Positions 10,637 through 16,061 of a stretch of 24,000 nt of DNA are shown here, piece by piece. The position numbers were made by a program, and so were the translations under genes. Origin of the DNA: Patescibacteria group bacterium (GTDB lineage: Bacteria; Patescibacteriota; Saccharimonadia; CAILAD01; BJGX01); contig JAUPVL010000042.1 in assembly GCA_030917065.1 (NCBI GenBank), positions 2,419 through 26,418 on the forward strand. Reading direction: 5' to 3'. Each line of letters opens with the position of its first letter. The stretch's first letter is position 1. The notes under the pieces are model-generated. The model was given only the letters and a program-made list of their open reading frames with translations. It searched no databases and had not been told where the DNA came from.

Positions 10637-10856
10637 AGATTTGGAGCGCACACTTGATGCCGAAGAACGGGCGGGATGTCTTGGTGTTTTGCAGTTTGTT
10701 GCCGCTATTGTTGCAACGGGTTGTGTACTTTTCGCCGATATCTGGTGGCTGACTCGTGTGGCTTATGTAGTTATTGCTATTGGTATGTGGCTGGGTGCAT
10801 GGCGCAATCTCACGAATCCATGGCGACTTATAGATCGTAAGGATAACAATGACTGA
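10629..10856 (+). CDS. Small membrane protein, two predicted TM segments (75 aa)
   Basis: MDKDLERTLDAEERAGCLGVLQFVAAIVATGCVLFADIWWLTRVAYVVIAIGMWLGAWR... SD-like GGAG upstream; overlaps both neighbours. Confidence 0.65.
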   Translation: MDKDLERTLDAEERAGCLGVLQFVAAIVATGCVLFADIWWLTRVAYVVIAIGMWLGAWRNLTNPWRLIDRKDNND

Positions 10857-11226
10857 TCAAGAAAACCCGTCTTTTGATGATTGGGCAACTCGAGTGAAGC
10901 CCAGTGAGTACGCAGAGTATCTTGGAGGACACTTCCGTCGACCTTGGATGTCAAAAGTCGACCTAGCTGACCGAGCATTAATTGCATCTTTTCTAGAAAT
11001 GCAGATGCCTGATGGTCGTACTATCGCACATTGGTTGGATGAATTACCTGAGGCGGAGGACGAAATACGCCTCTTGCGGGCCGAGAACGAAGAAGCCCGC
11101 CATGCCATCAATGAGGCGCTTGGGTGTGCGTTCATTCATCACATGTGCGAATGCGGTGATACTGTGAATTGCGGTGTATGCCACATGGTTGCTCGGCTAC
11201 AGGCGTCGTCAGGGAGACAGTCCTAG
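10849..11226 (+). CDS. Hypothetical acidic protein with C-terminal Cys/His cluster (125 aa)
   Basis: MTDQENPSFDDWATRVKPSEYAEYLGG...HHMCECGDTVNCGVCHM...; start overlaps the preceding ORF, suggesting translational coupling. Confidence 0.65.
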   Translation: MTDQENPSFDDWATRVKPSEYAEYLGGHFRRPWMSKVDLADRALIASFLEMQMPDGRTIAHWLDELPEAEDEIRLLRAENEEARHAINEALGCAFIHHMCECGDTVNCGVCHMVARLQASSGRQS

Positions 11227-11360
11227 AATAAATATAGTCGTCAAAGAGTAGTAATATTTGGTCAGTAATGACCATCTAGCTCTTTGGCGGCGTCTATCTA
11301 AAACTTCTTAGTTTTACTGATGAGCTCTAGATAAGGGCGAAATAGACAAACAAAACAAAG

Positions 11361-11384
11361 ACTCGAGTGATTCTCGAGTTTTTT
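11361..11384. terminator. Terminator between the small-ORF cluster and rpsT
   Basis: ACTCGAG-tgatt-CTCGAGT followed by TTTTT on the plus strand; A-rich flank on the other side could serve rpsT. Confidence 0.75.
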
Positions 11385-11403
11385 AGAGGTTATTGAGGCT
11401 TTA

Positions 11404-11808
11404 TTATTTCTTCTTTGCTACAGTTTTCTTAGGAGTATCTTTTTTGGTAGATACTTTGGCTTTGGGTTTTGTAGCGGTTTTCTTGGTTACTTTTTTCTTT
11501 GAGCTTTTTGCACCTGGTTTACCAGGATTTTCAGTACCATACGGCTTGGCTGCAGTGGCGTTATAGGCTTTGGTGAGGCGAGACTTACGTCGGGCTGCAG
11601 TACGCTTGTGCAATACGCCTTTTTTGACTGCTAGGTCTATCTCAGCAACAGCTTTGACAAGATCGGCATTGGATTTTACAGAGCCTTGAGCAATTTGTTC
11701 CTTTACAAGCTTTATTTGCTTCTTTACAGCAGTTTTGACGTCGACATTGTACTCTCGACGCTTTTCGGCTTGTTTCATTCTTTTCTTGGCTGATTTGATT
11801 ATTGGCAT
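11404..11808 (-). CDS. rpsT: 30S ribosomal protein S20 with Lys/Ala-rich C-terminal extension
   Basis: MPIIKSAKKRMKQAEKRREYNVDVKTAVKKQIK...KGVLHKRTAARRKSRLTKAYNA, then a KKVTKKTATKPKAKV tail. Confidence 0.9.
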   Translation of the reverse strand: MPIIKSAKKRMKQAEKRREYNVDVKTAVKKQIKLVKEQIAQGSVKSNADLVKAVAEIDLAVKKGVLHKRTAARRKSRLTKAYNATAAKPYGTENPGKPGAKSSKKKVTKKTATKPKAKVSTKKDTPKKTVAKKK

Positions 11809-11906
11809 ATCTAATATAAATTCTATAATTTAATAAGTAACAGATGAAAGTATATCTCAAAAATTGCTTCTTGTAAAGAGTAGAGTAGTAAAAATTATCT
11901 AATATA

Positions 11907-11948
11907 TTGTTGACATATATTGACAACAACCGAAAAACGTGCTACACT
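11907..11948 (+). promoter_or_regulatory. Promoter and putative operator of the TrmB-like gene
   Basis: TTGACA (11920-11925), 17-nt spacer, TACACT (11943-11948). The -35 is embedded in the imperfect inverted repeat TTGTTGACATATATTGACAACAA. The predicted start site falls at or next to the ATG at 11955 (leaderless). Confidence 0.75.
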
Positions 11949-11954
11949 AAGCAT

Positions 11955-12716
11955 ATGCAAATTATAGAACTAGCAACCAAACTCCAATCTGTTGGGCTTA
12001 GCGAAAAGCAAGCTCGAGTTTATGTTGCTGCACTGTTTTTGGGCCCTAGTGCCGTACAAAAGATCGCCGAGCAAGCCGAGATCAATCGAGCCACTACCTA
12101 TGTGATACTGGACGAACTGGCTGCTATGGGGCTAGTAAGCGAATCTACAGAAGGTAAGAAGACAGTATTTGTGGCCGAGCCACCTCAGTCGATTGAGCGC
12201 TACCTAGATGCACAGAACAAGCAGATATCTGATAAGCAAGACGAACTCAAGAACATCTTGCCTAGCCTCAAAGAAGTGTCGAGATCATCTGACGGAGTAG
12301 AGACTCCAGTAGTAAGGTTTTATAAGGGTATTGAGGGCTTAAGATCTAAGACTAGTATTTATGCTAGAAAAGCAAAACCAAAGAGTATGGTGTATGGATT
12401 TTCAAATTTCGATCAGGTATTAAAAGAATTTCCAGATATACTGCAATCTGGACCTAGTCTTAGGAGTAGAAAAAAAATATCGAGTAAATTAATCTATTCA
12501 CTTAGCGATGGCGAAATCAGATCTGACAAAAAACTGTTAAGAGAAACGAGAAAGATAGATCAACCTATCAGTGCAGACATCAATATATATGAAAATGCAG
12601 TTGTAATATCTACATACAAAGGCAAAGACTCCGTAGGTGTAGCTATCGAGAGCAAAGATATAGCTAGTGCCATGAAGCAATTATTTGAGATGGCCTGGAA
12701 AAATAGTAACAAATAG
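11955..12716 (+). CDS. TrmB-family transcriptional regulator
   Basis: MQIIELATKLQSVGLSEKQARVYVAALFLGPSAVQKIAEQAEINRATTYVILDELAAMGLVSESTEGKKTVFVAEPPQSIERYL: TrmB-type winged helix, then a PLD-like C-terminal region with GIEGLR. ATG 11955 is preferred over 11907, which lies in the promoter. Confidence 0.85.
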   Translation: MQIIELATKLQSVGLSEKQARVYVAALFLGPSAVQKIAEQAEINRATTYVILDELAAMGLVSESTEGKKTVFVAEPPQSIERYLDAQNKQISDKQDELKNILPSLKEVSRSSDGVETPVVRFYKGIEGLRSKTSIYARKAKPKSMVYGFSNFDQVLKEFPDILQSGPSLRSRKKISSKLIYSLSDGEIRSDKKLLRETRKIDQPISADINIYENAVVISTYKGKDSVGVAIESKDIASAMKQLFEMAWKNSNK

Positions 12717-12758
12717 TTGTTGCAATATATTGACAAAATGTAAGTATTTTGGTATACT
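12717..12758 (+). promoter_or_regulatory. Promoter of the non-coding transcript with the same operator-like 20-mer
   Basis: TTGTTGCAATATATTGACAA (12717-12736) is 18/20 identical to 11907-11926; TTGACA 12730-12735, 17-nt spacer, TATACT 12753-12758. Confidence 0.8.
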
Positions 12759-12764
12759 TCTCTT

Positions 12765-13141
12765 TGTCAGGCCAACGTACCATGTTTGAGTGATAGCTAA
12801 GACTCAGTCGAAAGAACGTCCAATGCTGCTTAAAACAGAGTGCAGAGGTCGCCGAGAAGTCCTCGGCATAGACACGAGCAATGGAGAGATACCGTGGACG
12901 CTGCCTTCTCCACCACCTGAACATTTCCGGCTCCGCCGGCGCAACCAACACATTTCTGACTGAACCCACGCGACGCAAGTCGTAGACACGAGCGAAAGCT
13001 CGCAACACCAAACGGTTCTGTCGGGAACTAACTGGACCAGTCATTGGTCCTTCGTCTAGGGCTCGGTGCCCCCGTAACTTGAGGGCACCGAGCCCAGACT
13101 ACACTTCGATAACTACAACCAGGCATTATGCCTGGTTTTTT
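12765..13141 (+). ncRNA. Putative structured non-coding RNA (about 377 nt) downstream of the TrmB-like gene
   Basis: Own consensus promoter and intrinsic terminator, no plausible plus-strand ORF, and a series of local helices: TGAGT/ACTCA, GCCGAG-aagtc-CTCGGC, CCGGC-tcc-GCCGG, CGAC-gcaa-GTCG, CGAGC-gaaa-GCTCG, GGACCA-gtcat-TGGTCC, and 13-bp GGGCTCGGTGCCC/GGGCACCGAGCCC. Confidence 0.7.
13117..13141 (+). terminator. Intrinsic terminator
   Basis: AACCAGGCA-tta-TGCCTGGTT followed by TTTT. Confidence 0.9.
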
Positions 13142-13258
13142 CGTACAAAATGATACAAATAGCCAATTTAATGTAATTATTAATATATCTATGACACTAA
13201 ATACACGTGTTTTAACAGGTATAGAGCTATATAAATACAAATAAACTGACAAAAACTA

Positions 13259-13287
13259 TTGACAAGTTTTAATATATTTGCTATACT
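13259..13287 (+). promoter_or_regulatory. Consensus sigma70-type promoter upstream of the 63-aa ORF
   Basis: TTGACA (13259-13264), 17-nt spacer, TATACT (13282-13287). Confidence 0.8.
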
Positions 13288-13339
13288 ACCAATCAGTTCT
13301 TTGAAGTGCCAATTTCCAAAACCTTTATAGGGGGATTCT

Positions 13340-13531
13340 GTGGCTAGCACGTTCACTCGCAAGTGTGGCATGGCCACTCGCACTCCTTCTGCCTTGACTT
13401 GGGCAGTCGTGGTCGAGTGCGGCAACGGGGAGGTGCACTACTTCGAACGTAGTGCTTGCCACCCCGACGCCGTCGTGGCGTACATCCAGCGGGAGTTTCC
13501 CGACTGTGACTACGTCATGGCTCTGGCCTAA
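13340..13531 (+). CDS. Hypothetical 63-aa protein
   Basis: GTG start preceded by AGGGGG at SD distance and by the promoter at 13259-13287. MASTFTRKCGMATRTPSALTWAVVVECGNGEVHYFERSACHPDAVVAYIQREFPDCDYVMALA. Confidence 0.6.
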   Translation: MASTFTRKCGMATRTPSALTWAVVVECGNGEVHYFERSACHPDAVVAYIQREFPDCDYVMALA

Positions 13532-13679
13532 CGACTTCGGATCGGGGGCTTGATAAGTCCTGGCAACAGAAGCCTGTAGAGTGAGCAAAAAGAAGCTCTA
13601 TAGACACTATCCGAGTATGCTCTCGACAAAAGCCGCCTGGTAGTAGGCATTGAAGCCCGAGCAATCGAGCAACTACCAA

Positions 13680-13703
13680 CCTCGTCTGATATATCAGACG
13701 AGG
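13680..13703. repeat. 24-bp perfect palindrome adjacent to the hammerhead candidate
   Basis: CCTCGTCTGATATATCAGACGAGG. Confidence 0.9.
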
Positions 13704-13779
13704 AGCAAGTCTGCTGGTAAAGTGCCAGCACTGATGAGCCCGAACTATCTAGTTCAACTAGGGCGAAACTGCACTTTGT
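13698..13779 (+). ncRNA. Hammerhead ribozyme candidate, type III arrangement
   Basis: GTC at 13709-13711 (predicted cleavage after C13711); stem I TGCTGG (13712-13717)/CCAGCA (13725-13730); CTGATGA core (13731-13737); stem II GCCC (13738-13741)/GGGC (13761-13764), or GCC...CTAGT-tca-ACTAG-GGC; GAAA (13765-13768); stem III imperfect with a bulged A (T-A, G-C, A-T, C-G, G-C, then interrupted pairing outward). Confidence 0.75.
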
Positions 13780-13788
13780 AAATACTAA

Positions 13789-14810
13789 TTCTGTGGATGT
13801 GGCCAGTGCTACATATTAAAACATACCAATAGCAGATTGGCCGCCCACAGAAATGGTAAATACAATATCCGAACCTTGTCATTATGAGCAGTAGCTTTCG
13901 AACCGAGTATATAGGTATATATATTTAGTTCGAAAGCTATGTGCTTTCAAAAAGATAGTAAGGTCACAGCAAATGGCGGGACTGCTGCCTCACTGATGAC
14001 CTGCCTGTAGTATGCGCGTTTCCCGACACGATCGGGCCGATGCATCTACGGGCGAAATCATGAACTGATATATATGAGAGTATATATCAGCTTCAACTGC
14101 TTGGGTGTCGCAGCTCTTCGTGAAAGCGGATGAGCGCCACCCGAGCAGGATATCGCTGCCACAACAATCTGGTCGGAGAGGCATCAACTTCGACGCACTG
14201 CTCAAAACGGCGTCAAGTCGGGTGAGAGTGGTGTTCTGCGTACGTCCTTCGCAGACAGTAGGGAGGTAATAATTGATCCGAGCCCGTGCAGAATCCTGCG
14301 CCGCAAACAACGCGACTCTGATAAGAGTGGGTAAAAAAAAGTCGGATCCGGGGACCCTAGTGGCCAATGATGATGTTCCTTCCCCGGTGCACGAGTGGGT
14401 GAAACCACGAGTGTTCATGAAAGGGAACGTCAAGCTCGCGGCAGCTCGTCGCTCTCCGTCAGTAGACGGATTGAGCGCAGCTGCCCATATTGCGGAACCC
14501 GTCCACGACCTTGCCAGTCGCCTGGTAAGATAGTAGATACGTTGTTCTGCGAGGTCTGAGTCAATCGCCACCCAAAAAGGTAACGTGGGGTTGAAACACC
14601 CCTGGCGGTAAGATCCCGAAAGAGCTGACGTAATGCTCGAAAAAATGTGCTAACATAGGCCTTTTTCCTTACGATAAAATTCAGATAGTCGTGAGGTCGT
14701 CCACCCCTTTGGGGTCCCACTAGTTGGGGCTCCGGAGGGTCTCAACAAGAGAGCTTGAATTATCAAGCTTTGCTGCTGAGACCCTAAAAAGTCTCGAACC
14801 TTGTCATTTG
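13789..14810 (+). ncRNA. Putative large, highly structured RNA region (about 1 kb)
   Basis: No convincing ORF but many long helices, e.g. TTCTGTGG/CCACAGAA (13789/13845) stacked on GGCCA/TGGCC; TAGCTTTCGAAC/GTTCGAAAGCTA (13892/13928); AGGTCA/TGACCT (13961/13997) abutting GCCTGTAG/CTACGGGC (14003/14046); CTGATATATA/TATATATCAG (14065/14081); ACTT(c)GACGC/GCGTCAAGT (14187/14210); GATCCGA/TCGGATC (14275/14342); GGGTCTCA/TGAGACCC (14737/14777). G-U pairs in two helices favour the plus strand. Boundaries are uncertain. Confidence 0.55.
14441..14488 (+). repeat. Structured RNA domain, copy 1
   Basis: GGCAGCT-CGT-CGCTC-TCCGTC-AGTA-GACGGA-TT-GAGCG-C-AGCTGCC folds as a near-continuous hairpin; homologous to 15004-15049. 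Confidence 0.8.
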
Positions 14811-15003
14811 ATGTTAAGATTTTGCTGGATGGAGCATAGAAGTGCAGATGTAATCCAGCTACTAGGGTGTCAGTGCGCACATAAGACCCCCTTCTGAGAA
14901 GTGACTAGAGTGGACTGCCCAAACGCAGACAGCTAGACAACTTTGTCAACTCAGATTAAACCAAAAAAAGCCGATAACGCTCCAATAATTCGGCCCATAT
15001 CGC

Positions 15004-15049
15004 GACAGCTCGTCGCTCTCCAGAGTCATCTGGATCGAGCGCAGCTGCT
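15004..15049 (+). repeat. Structured RNA domain, copy 2, upstream of the 65-aa ORF
   Basis: CAGCT-CGT-CGCTC-TCCAGA-GTCA-TCTGGA-TC-GAGCG-C-AGCTG; same frame as copy 1, with the apical helix changed in a compensatory way. Confidence 0.8.
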
Positions 15050-15113
15050 AAATCCTTGAGTTTCAATCCCGCGACTCAAGCTCGTACCACACAACACCAC
15101 TGAAGGAGGTGAA

Positions 15114-15311
15114 ATGGACGAGACCAACGACCTCGACGGCATGATCCAGGCGGCGGATCTCATGCTCACGGTCATGATGGCCGAGGGCATGACCCCCGCA
15201 GAGATCTGCCTGGAGTTCTTCGCGATGGGCCACGAGAGTGGCCACATCTGCGCACAGGCGCACGAAGAGCCCCTCGAGGACGACCCCAAGGTGTCCGCCG
15301 GCTACCTGTAA
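15114..15311 (+). CDS. Hypothetical acidic small protein (65 aa)
   Basis: Strong SD GGAGGTG positioned before the ATG. MDETNDLDGMIQAADLMLTVMMAEGMTPAEICLEFFAMGHESGHICAQAHEEPLEDDPKVSAGYL. Confidence 0.75.
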   Translation: MDETNDLDGMIQAADLMLTVMMAEGMTPAEICLEFFAMGHESGHICAQAHEEPLEDDPKVSAGYL

Positions 15312-15360
15312 GTGCCGGCACCCGGCCCGAATCTTCACAGATTCGGGCCCCTACCAAAGA
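15288..15360 (+). repeat. Two-hairpin 3' element, copy 1
   Basis: AAGGTGTCCGCCGGCTACCTGTAAGTGCCGGCACCCGGCCCGAATC-TTCACA-GATTCGGGCCCCTACCAAAGA; GCCGGC...GCCGGC plus perfect 10-bp GGCCCGAATC/GATTCGGGCC. Confidence 0.9.
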
Positions 15361-15432
15361 AGGTTACAATATAATCTCTTTTGGTCGGGAAAGTCCCGAC
15401 TCACTCAGTGAGTAGCACCTTGGAGCAATCAA

Positions 15433-15885
15433 ATGGAAGATTTCAAAGAGTTGTTCGATCGGTTTCTGACCGTCGTGCGTGTGTCCAACGACATCCCTGA
15501 CGAGATGACTATCGAGGAGTTTCTGAGCAAGAAGTGGAACTTCTGCGACCCAAGCCCTTGCAACATGAGAGTGGAGGTCACTTGGGATGGCAGCTACTCC
15601 CTGTGGAGCCTTCGCTTCGACAGCACGGGTCGAGTCAACGATGAGCGCCTCTGGATCCGTCGCGACTGCACGCATGAGGAGGCCATCACCCAGGCCATCG
15701 GCCAAAATATGGGCGGCAACGTTGTCGAAATCTTGACCAAAGTCATCCCAGACATTCAGATGACCTCTGGGACTGGTGACGATTCGGAGGAGTTCTGGAT
15801 CGTTTGGGAGTGGTACAGCCCAATTTTCACCGGGAAGGAGGACAGTGGTCTGCAGGACGGAGATTGGCAAGAGGCCTTGCTCTAG
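15433..15885 (+). CDS. Hypothetical acidic protein (150 aa)
   Basis: SD-like TTGGAG before ATG (accttggagcaatcaaATG); TATAAT at 15371-15376 upstream. MEDFKELFDRFLTVVRVSNDIPDEMTIEEFLSKKWNFCDPSPC... Confidence 0.75.
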   Translation: MEDFKELFDRFLTVVRVSNDIPDEMTIEEFLSKKWNFCDPSPCNMRVEVTWDGSYSLWSLRFDSTGRVNDERLWIRRDCTHEEAITQAIGQNMGGNVVEILTKVIPDIQMTSGTGDDSEEFWIVWEWYSPIFTGKEDSGLQDGDWQEALL

Positions 15886-15893
15886 AGAGTGCA

Positions 15894-15964
15894 AAGGTGA
15901 CCGCCGGCTACCTGTAAATGCCGGCACTCGGCTCGAGTCTTTTGACTCGAGCCCCTACCAAAGA
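15894..15964 (+). repeat. Two-hairpin 3' element, copy 2
   Basis: AAGGTGACCGCCGGCTACCTGTAAATGCCGGCACTCGGCTCGAGTC-TTTT-GACTCGAGCCCCTACCAAAGA; same architecture as copy 1 with a perfect 10-bp GGCTCGAGTC/GACTCGAGCC. Confidence 0.9.
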
Positions 15965-16007
15965 TATCAAGCACATTGATGCATTTGGTAAGAAATCAAT
16001 AATATAC

Positions 16008-16036
16008 TTGACATAAGAAGTTTAGTTTGGTATAAT
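16008..16036 (+). promoter_or_regulatory. Perfect consensus sigma70-type promoter for the DHH phosphoesterase gene
   Basis: TTGACA (16008-16013), 17-nt spacer, TATAAT (16031-16036). Confidence 0.9.
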
Positions 16037-16061
16037 ACTGCATTAATTAGACAAATTAGTT

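Noticed and set aside
12664-13044. Minus-strand ORFs (126 and 61 aa) across the 12765-13141 transcript
   Set aside because: Antisense to a region with plus-strand promoter, terminator and helices; one overlaps the end of the TrmB-like gene; low plausibility composition.
13961-14060. Second possible hammerhead (CTGATGA at 13993-13999, GAAA at 14054-14057)
   Set aside because: Three extra nucleotides separate CTGATGA from the helix, stem I does not close next to the core, and TGACCT pairs better with AGGTCA (13961-13966). Likely a chance core match within another fold.
14105-14150. Possible third copy of the CAGCT...GAGCG RNA domain (GCAGCTCTTCGTGAAAGCGGATGAGCGCC)
   Set aside because: Only partial similarity and the apical and basal helices are not preserved; insufficient to call.
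13990-14571. 193-aa minus-strand ORF antisense to the structured region
   Set aside because: Serine/arginine/leucine-rich with no domain-like pattern, arising in GC-richer sequence full of helices. The G-U pairs and covariation are better explained by plus-strand RNA; no clear SD.
12765-15100. Known housekeeping RNAs (RNase P RNA, tmRNA, SRP RNA, group I/II introns) and tRNAs
   Set aside because: Looked by eye for hallmark motifs (GAAAGTCC, tmRNA ends with CCA, group II domain V, group I R/S core, tRNA T-arm with acceptor pairing) and found none; only a computational scan can exclude them fully.
13340-15964. Integron gene cassettes with attC sites
   Set aside because: The cassette-like layout is suggestive and GCCTAAC occurs at 13530, but the repeated 3' elements lack the paired core sites (RYYYAAC...GTTRRRY) and no integrase is present.
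12700-16000. CRISPR array or retron
   Set aside because: No regularly spaced direct repeats, no cas genes and no reverse transcriptase in the window.
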